Shown here one piece after another: positions 19,480 through 28,940 of a stretch of 64,000 nucleotides of DNA. The notes beneath the pieces are model-generated. The model was given only the letters and a program-made list of their open reading frames with translations. It was not told where the DNA came from and searched no databases. This DNA comes from an uncultured delta proteobacterium. Its GTDB lineage: Bacteria > Desulfobacterota > Binatia > Binatales > Binataceae. The stretch lies in NCBI GenBank assembly GCA_963794325.1, contig CAWCDG010000007.1:64001-128000 (forward strand). The letters are read 5' to 3'. The translations under genes were made by a program, and so were the position numbers. Position 1 is the stretch's first letter; each line of letters starts with the position of its first letter.

Positions 19480-19919
19480 TGGCGTCGTTTCCCGATTCGG
19501 CGTGGTTCCTCACCCTCGGCAAGCTCATGAATGCCGAGGGTGAACTTTTCAGACGCCTCGGATACGCGGAGACCCGCTTCGCCGTGCGCGTCGTGCCGAA
19601 CAACCTCGGCAACGGCGGCGATCGGATCGTGGGGCTGGTGATCGACGGTTATCAACTGACCGAGGCCAAGCCGGTCGCCGATCTGAATGAGTACGATCCG
19701 GATTTTGTGATCTGCGGCAAGCGCGAGATTTGGGATCGGATGCTAAGCGAGATTGTCGAGCACGGCCGCCCGCAGCTTCGACACACGCTGAGTTCGCTCG
19801 CGCTGGTGGGTGAGGAACTTTGGCTGGAGTCCAACGATCAGTTGCGTGAGGACAAGTTTTACCGCTTCAATCAGACGCTGCAGGAACTGCTGAATCTCGC
19901 CTCGAAAGTCCCCGCTTAG
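19479..19919 (+). CDS. SCP2 sterol/lipid-carrier-like protein
   Basis: Starts in a TGATG overlap; MASFPDSAWF...PDFVICG..EIWDRML resembles SCP2-fold proteins. Confidence 0.6.
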   Translation: MASFPDSAWFLTLGKLMNAEGELFRRLGYAETRFAVRVVPNNLGNGGDRIVGLVIDGYQLTEAKPVADLNEYDPDFVICGKREIWDRMLSEIVEHGRPQLRHTLSSLALVGEELWLESNDQLREDKFYRFNQTLQELLNLASKVPA

Positions 19920-20139
19920 TGGCACAGGATTGTGCCACAGGCTTTAGCCTGTGCTCTAAAGATTTGTGGCGCTTGAGGTAGTCGCGATTCGCGGTATCCC
20001 TGCATTCGCAACGGCCACTATCGTTCCCAACATTATCGCTGCTGAAAGAATCGCGGCAAAAACAAAACCGGCGGTCTTCATTTTGCATTCCTCTTATCAG
20101 GAATACGCATGCCGGAACCGCCGGTTACGTGATCTTTGC

Positions 20140-21045
20140 CTACGCCGCCTTGACTATCAGATCGTCCGTGTCGGCCCTGTTGTGCGGTGTGCCGTGGCGA
20201 ACGTCGGTGGCGAGGCCCAGTTTCTCGAGCGCGAGTATCAGCATGTAGCCGGCGTCTGGCTGGCGCCAGCTCCATCCGAGGCGCGCGGAACCGGGGCGCG
20301 CATGATGATTACGATGCCAGTTCTCGCCCTGGAACAGATGCATCAGCGCGAGCCATGTCACGTTGCGGCTCGAATCCTGGCCAACTTTGACGTCGGGTTC
20401 GGTGTGGCAAACGCTATTGACGAAACACTGCGCATGCAGTCCGAAGCAAAGGCGAATCGCGCCCAGCCAGAAAAATGCGGCCGGGCTGAAATACAGTCCG
20501 ACGAAGAATGAGAGCGTGAGGATCGGCGTCTGGAACCATCGCCACGCGCGATAAGAAACGCCGCTGAGGTCGGGGCAGTATCGATCGATCGGCGGCTCGC
20601 CTGCCTGCCACAGCCATCGTAGATGCGCCCACCAGAAGCCGCCCCAAATCGGGCTCGAGATATCTTCCGGGGTGTCAGCCTTGGCGTGATGCAGCCGATG
20701 GCCCGCGGCCCATGTGGTCGGCGCGCCGGACCCGTTGAACATCGCGAAGAAAATCAGCACTCCGCGCGCCCACGGATTCAACGTCAATGATCGATGAGCG
20801 ATCGCGCGATGGTACCCGACCGTAGTGCCCAATCCGCCGAGGAACACGAGCGCCAGCGCGCCGAGAAATACGTGCCATCCGGGAATCGGATAAAGCACGA
20901 GTCCTATCGCGGCGGTAATATGAATGAGGAGGACCCAGCCCAGTATCGCAACGTCGCGCTTGCCGGCGTGCCACCAAGGCTGCTTCCATGGCTCGCTCTT
21001 CAGGATTTCTTCGGTCGTGCTCACCGGCGTGAAAACTGCTGCCAT
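20140..21045 (-). CDS. Membrane fatty acid (acyl-CoA delta-9-type) desaturase
   Basis: His boxes HRAIAH, HRLHH, GENWHRNHH; TM segments. Confidence 0.92.
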   Translation of the reverse strand: MAAVFTPVSTTEEILKSEPWKQPWWHAGKRDVAILGWVLLIHITAAIGLVLYPIPGWHVFLGALALVFLGGLGTTVGYHRAIAHRSLTLNPWARGVLIFFAMFNGSGAPTTWAAGHRLHHAKADTPEDISSPIWGGFWWAHLRWLWQAGEPPIDRYCPDLSGVSYRAWRWFQTPILTLSFFVGLYFSPAAFFWLGAIRLCFGLHAQCFVNSVCHTEPDVKVGQDSSRNVTWLALMHLFQGENWHRNHHARPGSARLGWSWRQPDAGYMLILALEKLGLATDVRHGTPHNRADTDDLIVKAA

Positions 21046-21210
21046 TCGTCTCTCCCACCGAAATTATTTTTGTACACCACCGCCGGCGCCTGTTTGGCTG
21101 CACGGATGATGATGCTTCGTGGCTGCCAGATGCATCCGCATTCCTGACTGCCGCCAGCATCAGCACATTTTCACTTTTAACAGGGATGCCTTCGATTCCA
21201 AGGCGGGGAG

Positions 21211-21226
21211 CGCAATGTGCTTGCCG
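21211..21226 (-). promoter_or_regulatory. Possible sigma-54 promoter for the desaturase
   Basis: Minus strand CGGCAA-GCACA-TTGCG (GG-N10-GC); TGT-N10-ACA at 21317-21332 upstream. Confidence 0.4.
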
Positions 21227-21346
21227 TAGCGAGGATTGACAATACAGGATACGCACCCTGTGCGCTACATCCGTTCGCATGCATACAGTTACGCGCGCGT
21301 GATCAACTTTGCCAAATGTTCCTAATGTAACACGGCAATTCCGGTT

Positions 21347-21382
21347 CCCCTTCCCACTATGGGAAGGGGTTAGGGGTTAGGT
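21347..21382. repeat. REP-like hairpin
   Basis: CCCCTTCCC-ACTAT-GGGAAGGGG followed by TTAGGGGTTAGG. Confidence 0.55.
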
Positions 21383-21393
21383 TCCTGATCTCT

Positions 21394-22590
21394 TCACCCC
21401 CACATCGTCATCGCGAGGCCGATCATCCCACCGCCGAGCACCAGCCACGCGGAGTTCACCCGATAGCGAATCAGGACGAACGCGCTCGAAGCGGCAAGCA
21501 GTATCGTGGTGACGTCGACGATCGCGGCGCGCGCGAGGAACAGCGTCACCGCCGCCATCAAGGCCCACGCCGCGACGTTGACCCCGTCGAGGAATGCGCC
21601 GGCCAGCGGTGAGCGCCGCAGATGCGGGATCAGCGGGCCGCTGATCGAGACGAAGAAAAACGACGGCAGAAAAATCCCTAGCGTCGCGACCACCGCGCCG
21701 CGAAATCCGCCGAGGATGTACCCGATGAACGTCGCGGTCGTGAACACCGGCCCCGGCGTGACCTGCCCGACCGCGACCGCGTCGAGCAACTGCGCCTGGG
21801 TCAGCCATCGCAATCGATCGACGAGGTCGGTGCGCAGGAACGCCAGCAATACATAGCCGCTGCCGAACAGCACCGCGCCGACTTTCAGGAAAAATAAAAA
21901 TAGCGTGGTGAGACTGAACGGAACTGCAACCGCTGCGGCGAGCGTGGCGCCCTTCACGCTCCACGCGCGCGCGGTGACGGTGGGGATTGCGGCGATCGCC
22001 GCTCCTGCACTCGCGCGATCCTCGATCGCGCGAATCGCGAGCATCACGATTCCGCCGCCAAGAAGCACGATCATGTCGTTGACCTCGAGGAGCGAGGCCG
22101 CCAGCGCGACTATCGCCAGCGCCGCCAGCATTCGCGACTTGATCGCAGTGCGGCCGAGTCCCCACAGCGCCTGCAGCACGACCGCGATGATGACCGGCTT
22201 GACGCCGTACAGCAGCCCGACTGCCTGCGGCATCGTGCCGTATCGCACGTACATCCACGCAATCGCGAGCACGATCGCCGCGGCGGGCAGAATGAAGCAC
22301 GCGCCCGCGACGATCAGACCCGCCGCTCCCGCCCGCAGTTGCCCGATATGAATCGCCATCTCGGTCGAGTTGGGCCCGGGAATCAGGTTGCACACGCCGA
22401 GCATGTCGAGAAACTGCTCGTGCGTCATCCAGCGCCGGCGGCGAACGACCTCGTCCTCCATCATCGCGATATGCGCCGCCGGCCCGCCCATCGCGAGCGT
22501 CCCGAGGCGCAGAAACAGCAGCGCCAGCTCGCGGAGCGCCTCGCGCCGCGCAGCCGGATTCCCGACGGTATTGATGGGCGGCGGATCCAT
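21394..22590 (-). CDS. chrA: Chromate efflux transporter (long-chain CHR)
   Basis: GGPAAHIA, PGPNSTEMAIH, FGSGYVL, GQVTPGPVFTTATFIG. Confidence 0.93.
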   Translation of the reverse strand: MDPPPINTVGNPAARREALRELALLFLRLGTLAMGGPAAHIAMMEDEVVRRRRWMTHEQFLDMLGVCNLIPGPNSTEMAIHIGQLRAGAAGLIVAGACFILPAAAIVLAIAWMYVRYGTMPQAVGLLYGVKPVIIAVVLQALWGLGRTAIKSRMLAALAIVALAASLLEVNDMIVLLGGGIVMLAIRAIEDRASAGAAIAAIPTVTARAWSVKGATLAAAVAVPFSLTTLFLFFLKVGAVLFGSGYVLLAFLRTDLVDRLRWLTQAQLLDAVAVGQVTPGPVFTTATFIGYILGGFRGAVVATLGIFLPSFFFVSISGPLIPHLRRSPLAGAFLDGVNVAAWALMAAVTLFLARAAIVDVTTILLAASSAFVLIRYRVNSAWLVLGGGMIGLAMTMWG

Positions 22591-22889
22591 GCGACTCCGA
22601 ATCAGATGATCATGAATCGCGATCGCACGCCAGCGCGCGCGCTTTGTCATAGGGTGAAGCGTGCGATAAGAACCCCCGACCTGCGCACCGCGACCTGCTC
22701 GACTGCACTTCACTGGTCGTGCGACCTGAGCTTCCGCCGGCGGTGAAGGTTCAAACTTCTCTTGTACTGCGCGGCCGGTGGTGTGTTATCTTATTTCGAC
22801 TCAGCCACCGAACCCGGGAGATCGAAAATGACAACGTCCATGTCCATTCAGAGAGCGGTTTTAACCCATCAGAAGGACATGGTGTTTTC

Positions 22890-24710
22890 ATGCGAACGCT
22901 ACACGCTCGGAGTTCGGCGCGCGCAAGCGCCAATAAAACCAGACTGATCGATCGCGCCGCGATTCGATTCGCGGGACCGCGAGCCAGGAAATTTCTCTCC
23001 TACTACAAGCCGTATCGAGGCCTGCTGCTCGCCGACCTGTTCTGCGCCTTCGTCATATCGGCGGCGGCGTTGCTCATGCCGGTCGGTACGAATTTCATCA
23101 CCAAGAACTTGCTCGCAAAACAGGGCGCAGCCGGCGCGCTCGATAAGATCTATGCGCTCGGCGCTGCCATGCTCGCGCTGGTCGCTCTCCAGGCGCTCTG
23201 CACGCTGTTCGTCGATTATCAGGGACATGTGATGGGCGCGAAGATGGAACGCGACATGCGCCGCGAGCTGTTCGAACACTATCAGAAACAATCGTTCAGC
23301 TTTTACGACGGGCAGAGAACCGGCCAGCTGATGGCTCGGATCACCAACGATCTTCTCTCCCTCGCTGAGCTCTATCATCACGGACCGGAAGATCTCGCGA
23401 TCGCGGCCCTCGAGCTGATCGGGGTGCTGATCATCCTCGCGCATATCGACCGGACGCTCACGCTGATCGTGCTGTGCTTCCTGCCCGTGATGTTCCTGTT
23501 CGCGCTGCATTTCAGCCGGCGCATGATTGCCGCGCTGAGATTGAGCAAAGACCGCATCGGCGACATCAACGCGCGCGTCGAAGATTCGCTCGCGGGGATA
23601 CGGGTGGTGAAGTCTTTCACCAACGAGGCGTTCGAGACGGCGCGCTTCAACTACCAGAATGATCGCTTTCTCGCGAGCCGGAGCGTCGGCTATCGGAGCG
23701 AGGCATGGTTCTCCGGCGGGATGGCCGCTTTCACCCAGCTCATCACAATTTCCGTGATCGTCTTCGGCGCTGCGGGCATCGCGCGCGCGTCGCTCGACCT
23801 CGCCGACCTGCTCACCTTCCTGATGTGCGTCGCGGTGCTGGTCGACCCGATTCGCCGGCTGGTGAATTTCGCGCGGCTCTACCAGGAAGGCAGCACCGGG
23901 TTCGACCGGTTCTTCGAGATGCTTCAGATGGAGCCGGACATGCCCGACCAGGCTGGCGCCCCGGAGCTGACGCAGGTGCGGGGCGATATCACTTTCCGCA
24001 ACGTGAGCTTCCGATACAGCGACGATTCGCACTTCGTGCTGAAAAACCTGTCTCTCGAGATCAGCGCCGGCGAGTTTGTTGCGCTGGTAGGCACCTCGGG
24101 CGTCGGCAAGACCACGCTCTGTTCGCTAATCCCGCGCTTCTATGACGTCACCGCGGGCGACATCTTGATCGATGGCAGGAACGTCAGGGACATCCGTCCG
24201 CAGTCCCTGCGTCGAAATATCGGCATCGTGCAGCAGGACGTTTACCTGTTCGCGGGAACGATCGCGGAAAATCTCCGCTATGGCAAACCCGACGCAGGCC
24301 AGGACGAAATCATCGAAGCCGCGAAACAGGCCCACGCGCACCACTTCATCATGACGTTGCCCAACGCATACGACACGGAGATCGGCGAACGCGGCGTCAA
24401 GCTCTCTGGCGGGCAAAAGCAAAGGCTCAGCATCGCCCGGGTCTTTCTCAAAAATCCGCCCATCCTGATTTTCGACGAGGCAACCAGCGCGCTCGACAAT
24501 GAAAGCGAACGCTCGGTCCAGGAATCCCTGCGCCGCCTCGCGCGCAATCGCACGACGCTGGTCATCGCGCACCGCCTATCGACCGTGAGGGACGCGGGGA
24601 GAATCGTAGTGCTGACCGAGGTCGGAATCGCCGAAGAGGGCACGCACGATGAGCTCGTCTCGTCAGGCGGCGCGTATGCGCGACTCTACAACACCCTGGC
24701 AAGCATATGA
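22890..24710 (+). CDS. ABC exporter, fused permease/ATPase
   Basis: TMD plus GTSGVGKTT, LSGGQKQR, DEATSALD, IAHRLST. Confidence 0.95.
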   Translation: MRTLHARSSARASANKTRLIDRAAIRFAGPRARKFLSYYKPYRGLLLADLFCAFVISAAALLMPVGTNFITKNLLAKQGAAGALDKIYALGAAMLALVALQALCTLFVDYQGHVMGAKMERDMRRELFEHYQKQSFSFYDGQRTGQLMARITNDLLSLAELYHHGPEDLAIAALELIGVLIILAHIDRTLTLIVLCFLPVMFLFALHFSRRMIAALRLSKDRIGDINARVEDSLAGIRVVKSFTNEAFETARFNYQNDRFLASRSVGYRSEAWFSGGMAAFTQLITISVIVFGAAGIARASLDLADLLTFLMCVAVLVDPIRRLVNFARLYQEGSTGFDRFFEMLQMEPDMPDQAGAPELTQVRGDITFRNVSFRYSDDSHFVLKNLSLEISAGEFVALVGTSGVGKTTLCSLIPRFYDVTAGDILIDGRNVRDIRPQSLRRNIGIVQQDVYLFAGTIAENLRYGKPDAGQDEIIEAAKQAHAHHFIMTLPNAYDTEIGERGVKLSGGQKQRLSIARVFLKNPPILIFDEATSALDNESERSVQESLRRLARNRTTLVIAHRLSTVRDAGRIVVLTEVGIAEEGTHDELVSSGGAYARLYNTLASI

Positions 24711-24795
24711 GCCACGGTTAATCTCGAAACAGGAACCCGGAGCCACGGAGTTACACTCCAACGAGCAGCGTCCTACCGCCCGCTTTGTCATGGGA

Positions 24796-25180
24796 AGACC
24801 TTTGCACAACTGCTCTCGGCTCTTCCCTCTCCCTGTTAGGAGACCTTTGCATAACCTGACGGCGGTGGCGCGACCCGAGACGCGCTGCGCACGAGATCCT
24901 TCGGTGCGCTCCGGATGACGGAAAAAAACCGGCACCATACTCGTCATTCTGAGCGAAAGCTGCTGTAGCGAAGAATCTCGACGGACGCTCCTGTGGCCGG
25001 CGTTATTTACGCAAAGCTCCCCTGTTAGGGAAAGAATCAAGAGCCTGCCCGGAGCCATGCCGAAGGGTGAGGGTCCGATTACAGCGCGCGGAGTTAGGAT
25101 GCCGCGTCCCGCGCCACCGAATACCCGACTCGCCCGCTGAGTTGCGGGAGAGGCCGCGCCGAAGAAGCGGGTAGGGGTGA
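24796..25180. repeat. Cluster of REP-like repeats
   Basis: Inverted pair 24892-24920 / 24942-24980 (CGTCATyCkGAGCG...CGAAGrATCTCG); direct repeats AGACCTTTGCAyAAC (24796, 24841) and CCCTGTTAGG (24831, 25020). Confidence 0.65.
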
Positions 25181-25281
25181 TTTTGCGCGCGATTCAAGAT
25201 TCTGCTCCTGTCCTGATTCCATCCACCGAGGCTGCGCGAAGGTTTCCATTGAGCAGACCGTGCGATAAGAATCCAACCACT

Positions 25282-26172
25282 ATGGCGCCACAACCGAATC
25301 AGAGAGTCGTTCGCGCATCGAACCTGAACTTCACCGTGCTCGAGATGGGCGACTCAAAAAGTCCGCTGGTGCTGTGCCTGCACGGATTCCCGGATACCGC
25401 GCATTCGTTTCGCCATCAGATGCCCGCGCTTGCAGCGGCCGGATACCACTGCGTCGCGCCGTTCATGCGCGGCTACTCGCCTACCGAGTCCGCATCCGAC
25501 GGCCGTTACGATTCGGCGGCGCTGTCCGAGGATGCGCTCGCGCTGATCACGGCGCTCGGCTACAAGGACGCAATCCTGTTCGGCCACGACTGGGGCGCAG
25601 TCGCCGCATACGGCGCCGCGGCCGCATCGCCGGATCGCGTGAGCAAGCTGGTGACCTCGGCAGTCGGATACGGCTCCGGATTTTTCGAGGCGCTGGTCAC
25701 TAACTACGCGCAGCAGCGCCGCTCCTGGTACATGTTCTTTTTTCAGACCAAAATTGCCGAAGCTGCGGTGAGTCTCAATGACTTCGCGTTCCTGGAAAAA
25801 TTGTGGGCCGACTGGTCCCCCGGATGGAAATGGACTCCCGAGGACATGGAAGCGCTCAAACGATCCTTCCGCGCGAAGGGCACCCTCGAAGCTGCTCTCG
25901 GCTACTATCGCGCCACGCTCGGCCCGGTACTCAGCATGCCGGTCGATCTGAAAATGCTCGCGCCCGCGATGAACATCCCAATCAACGTGCCCGCATTGAT
26001 GTTCCACGGCCGCGACGACGGATGCATCGGCGCAGAAACCCTCGCCGGAATGGAAAAATTGTTTTCAAAAGGCTTGAAAATCGAGCTGGTCCCAAACGCC
26101 GGCCATTTCGTCCACCAGGAACGCCCCGATCACATCAACGCCCTGATGCTAAAATTCCTGAAATCCTCCTAA
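25282..26172 (+). CDS. Alpha/beta hydrolase (epoxide hydrolase-like)
   Basis: HGFPD, GHDWGA, WYMFFFQ, YYRA, AGHFVHQE. Confidence 0.93.
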   Translation: MAPQPNQRVVRASNLNFTVLEMGDSKSPLVLCLHGFPDTAHSFRHQMPALAAAGYHCVAPFMRGYSPTESASDGRYDSAALSEDALALITALGYKDAILFGHDWGAVAAYGAAAASPDRVSKLVTSAVGYGSGFFEALVTNYAQQRRSWYMFFFQTKIAEAAVSLNDFAFLEKLWADWSPGWKWTPEDMEALKRSFRAKGTLEAALGYYRATLGPVLSMPVDLKMLAPAMNIPINVPALMFHGRDDGCIGAETLAGMEKLFSKGLKIELVPNAGHFVHQERPDHINALMLKFLKSS

Positions 26173-26400
26173 CCTCTCCTTGTCCGAGGAGAGGTCGGCG
26201 AAAGCCGCTTGAAAAGCGGTGTCGCCGGAGAGGTGCAACGCGCGACACCCCACCAACCCCGACTCGTCTAATCTCAGTGCGGAGACAAGTTCGCCGCTCG
26301 ACAGCAGCACAACCGGCATTCTTGCGACGCCTGGCGTTGCACCACTCCCGTCGCTTGCCTTCGGCTCGCGCCGACCTCTCCTCGGACAAGGAGAGGTTAA
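26170..26400. mobile_element. MITE/REPIN-like element with perfect 31-bp terminal inverted repeats
   Basis: 26170-26200 TAACCTCTCCTTGTCCGAGGAGAGGTCGGCG is the exact reverse complement of 26369-26399. Confidence 0.7.
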
Positions 26401-26453
26401 AGATCGAAGACGCCGTAGCTTCAATTGTACCGTTCGGTATATACTTCTCGGAT

Positions 26454-27020
26454 ATGGACTCTCGTGCCGGGCTCCTGCGCGCTGCGCTCACCCTCTTCGC
26501 CGCCAAAGGCTACGACGGGGTCGGGGTCCAGGAAGTGGCGGAAGCGGCGGGCGTCGCCAAGCCGACCCTCTACCACTTCTTCGGCAGCAAGCACGGCCTG
26601 CTGGAGGCACTATTCGCCACGTTCGCAACCCGCCTCGACGACGCAGTCCGCGACGCTTCCGACTATGCGCGCAACCTGCCACTCACACTCGATCGAATCG
26701 TCGCCGCCTACGTTGATTTCGCCGCTCGGGAGCCGCTTTTCTATCGTCTCGAACTGGCACTATATTCCTCGCCTCGTGAAAGCGAGGCGCATCAGGTCGC
26801 CGCACAACACTACGCCTCTCGGCAGGCTGTCCTGGAAGGTATGTTTCGCAAGGCGGTGCGCGAGCATGGCAACATGCGCGGGCGCCATCGCCGTTACGCG
26901 ATCTCCCTGGTCGGCATGATCAACAGCTACCTCGCGCTGCAATTGAACGGGCATATCGTCATCACCGACCGTCTTCGCCGCGATATCGTCCATCAGTTCA
27001 GCCACGGCATCTATTCGTAG
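26454..27020 (+). CDS. TetR/AcrR family regulator
   Basis: LFAAKGYDGVGVQEVAEAAGVAKPTLYHFFGSK HTH. TATACT just upstream suggests a leaderless transcript. Confidence 0.93.
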   Translation: MDSRAGLLRAALTLFAAKGYDGVGVQEVAEAAGVAKPTLYHFFGSKHGLLEALFATFATRLDDAVRDASDYARNLPLTLDRIVAAYVDFAAREPLFYRLELALYSSPRESEAHQVAAQHYASRQAVLEGMFRKAVREHGNMRGRHRRYAISLVGMINSYLALQLNGHIVITDRLRRDIVHQFSHGIYS

Positions 27021-27044
27021 GTCTATACCGGTCGGTATGTAAAT

Positions 27045-28400
27045 ATGAACTGGGCCGAGGACGCAGTCTTCTATCATCTGTTCCCGCTCGGATGCCTCGG
27101 CGCACCCGAACGCAACTCGTTTGCCGGTCCGCCCGCCAACCGGCTGTCGAATTGGAAGAGCTGTATCGATTATCTCGAGGACCTCGGAGTCAACGCGCTG
27201 TTGCTGGGGCCGGTCTTCGAATCGAGCGCACACGGCTACGACATCGCCGATTATTTCCGCGTGGACCGCCGCCTCGGTCACGACGCTGCGCTCGCCGGAT
27301 TGAGCGGCGAGCTGCATCGCCGCGGAATTCGCCTCGTGCTCGACGCCGTCTTCCATCACACCGGGCGCGATTTCTGGGCGTTTCGCGACGTTCGTGAAAA
27401 GGGGCGCGCGTCGGCGTACTGCGACTGGTATCACCTCGACTTCACGCGCCGCAGTCCGTACGGCGAGCCGTTCCATTACGAGGGTTGGGCGGGACACTAC
27501 GACCTGGTCAAGCTCAACCTCAAAAATCCCGCCGTTCGCGACCACCTGCTCAAGGCAGTCGCATCGTGGATCGAACGGTTTGATATCGACGGTCTGCGAC
27601 TCGATGCGGCCGACGCGCTCGACCTCGACTTTCAGCGCGAGCTCGCCGCGCATTGCCGAGCAATCCGGCCTGACTTCTGGCTGATGGGCGAGGCGGTTCA
27701 CGGCGATTACCGGCGATGGGCAAATGCGGGCGGGCTGTCATCGACGACCAACTACGAAGCCTACAAAGGGCTGTGGTCCAGCCACAACGACCGCAACTAT
27801 TTTGAGATTGCGTACACGCTGAATCGCCAATTCGGGCCCGAGGGAATTTATCGCGGACTCGCGCTCTACTCTTTCGCCGACAATCACGACGTCACACGGG
27901 TCGCGAGCATCCTGAAGAATCGAGCTCATCTATATCCGCTGTACGTACTGCTGATGACGATGCCGGGCGTGCCGTCAATCTACTACGGCAGCGAGTGGGG
28001 CATCGAAGGAAGCAAGATCTCCGGCACCGACGCGCCGCTTCGCCCAGCGCTCGACCCGGCGTCATTGCCCCGCCAATCATGTCATCCGGAACTGTATGCC
28101 TGGATAAAATCGCTCATCGCGATCCGTCGCCGATTCCCGGCGTTACGCCGAGGCGACTACGCGCAGCTGCACGTCGCGCATGAGCAGTTCGCTTTCATCC
28201 GTCGCGATGCTGGGGCTAGTTCGATCATCGTCGCCATCAACGCGTCAGAACATCCTGTCGATCTCCGACTGCGCATCCCCGACATCGCGAACGGCCAACT
28301 GATCGACGTGTTGAACGACGGCAAGGTTTTCAAACTCATCGACGGACTATGCGCGCTGTCTGTATCCGCATCCTCGGGACGTATTCTCGAAATTCAATAG
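27045..28400 (+). CDS. GH13 alpha-amylase family (neopullulanase/maltodextrin glucosidase-like)
   Basis: HGYD, DAVFHH, DGLRLDAA, GEAVH, DNHD, PGVPSIYYGSE. Confidence 0.93.
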   Translation: MNWAEDAVFYHLFPLGCLGAPERNSFAGPPANRLSNWKSCIDYLEDLGVNALLLGPVFESSAHGYDIADYFRVDRRLGHDAALAGLSGELHRRGIRLVLDAVFHHTGRDFWAFRDVREKGRASAYCDWYHLDFTRRSPYGEPFHYEGWAGHYDLVKLNLKNPAVRDHLLKAVASWIERFDIDGLRLDAADALDLDFQRELAAHCRAIRPDFWLMGEAVHGDYRRWANAGGLSSTTNYEAYKGLWSSHNDRNYFEIAYTLNRQFGPEGIYRGLALYSFADNHDVTRVASILKNRAHLYPLYVLLMTMPGVPSIYYGSEWGIEGSKISGTDAPLRPALDPASLPRQSCHPELYAWIKSLIAIRRRFPALRRGDYAQLHVAHEQFAFIRRDAGASSIIVAINASEHPVDLRLRIPDIANGQLIDVLNDGKVFKLIDGLCALSVSASSGRILEIQ

Positions 28401-28411
28401 CGCAAGAGCCA

Positions 28412-28777
28412 TCACCGATTGACGATGTATCCACGGAACATCGCCTGCGCGTTCATCGCGGGCCGGTATTCTGAAATCGAGCGCGAGCCGCGATGGTCGT
28501 CGTTCCAGACGGCGTGCGGTGTGCCCGGCGGGATCACGATCACGCTCCCGCGCTCGAGGAGGTACTCCTTTCCTGACACGCGACAGCGCACCGTGCCCTC
28601 GACGACCTCGAGGCGCTCCTCCTGATGGGTGTGGATGTGATCACGCGGCGGCGCGGTGACATCGCGCGCGATATATTCGCATCGGAAGAGTTCACCGGCG
28701 CTCTCCTCGGCCGACTTAAGGACGATCACTCGATCTTGTGTCGTAGTCGCGGGACGATCCGAAACCTGAGTCGCCAT
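28412..28777 (-). CDS. Cupin domain protein
   Basis: HIHTHQEE...PPGTPH cupin motifs. Confidence 0.85.
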   Translation of the reverse strand: MATQVSDRPATTTQDRVIVLKSAEESAGELFRCEYIARDVTAPPRDHIHTHQEERLEVVEGTVRCRVSGKEYLLERGSVIVIPPGTPHAVWNDDHRGSRSISEYRPAMNAQAMFRGYIVNR

Positions 28778-28851
28778 GATCTTTCTCCTTTGCCGATTGC
28801 CGCGTAGGGAGAAAATTTAACATTGTGCGGCGATTGAGCCGCGCGTCACTG

Positions 28852-28924
28852 CTGACAGCCCTCTGTCAGGACAATCTGGCGGAGCGCTCCTGACTGGCGA
28901 GATCCTGACAGCGTCCCGTCAGGA
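28852..28924. promoter_or_regulatory. Two CTGAC-N8-GTCAG operator palindromes (putative WYL regulator sites)
   Basis: CTGACAG-CCCT-CTGTCAG (28852-69) and TCCTGAC-AGCGTCCC-GTCAGGA (28903-24). Confidence 0.65.
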
Positions 28925-28940
28925 GCCTTGCCGGAGCGCG

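Noticed and set aside
19919-19938. GTGGCACAGGATTGTGCCAC as a sigma-54 promoter
   Set aside because: Spacing is not GG-N10-GC; better explained as a hairpin after the stop codon.
25803-26453. Long N-terminal extension of the TetR ORF
   Set aside because: It overlaps the hydrolase and the inverted-repeat element; the HTH begins at ATG 26454.
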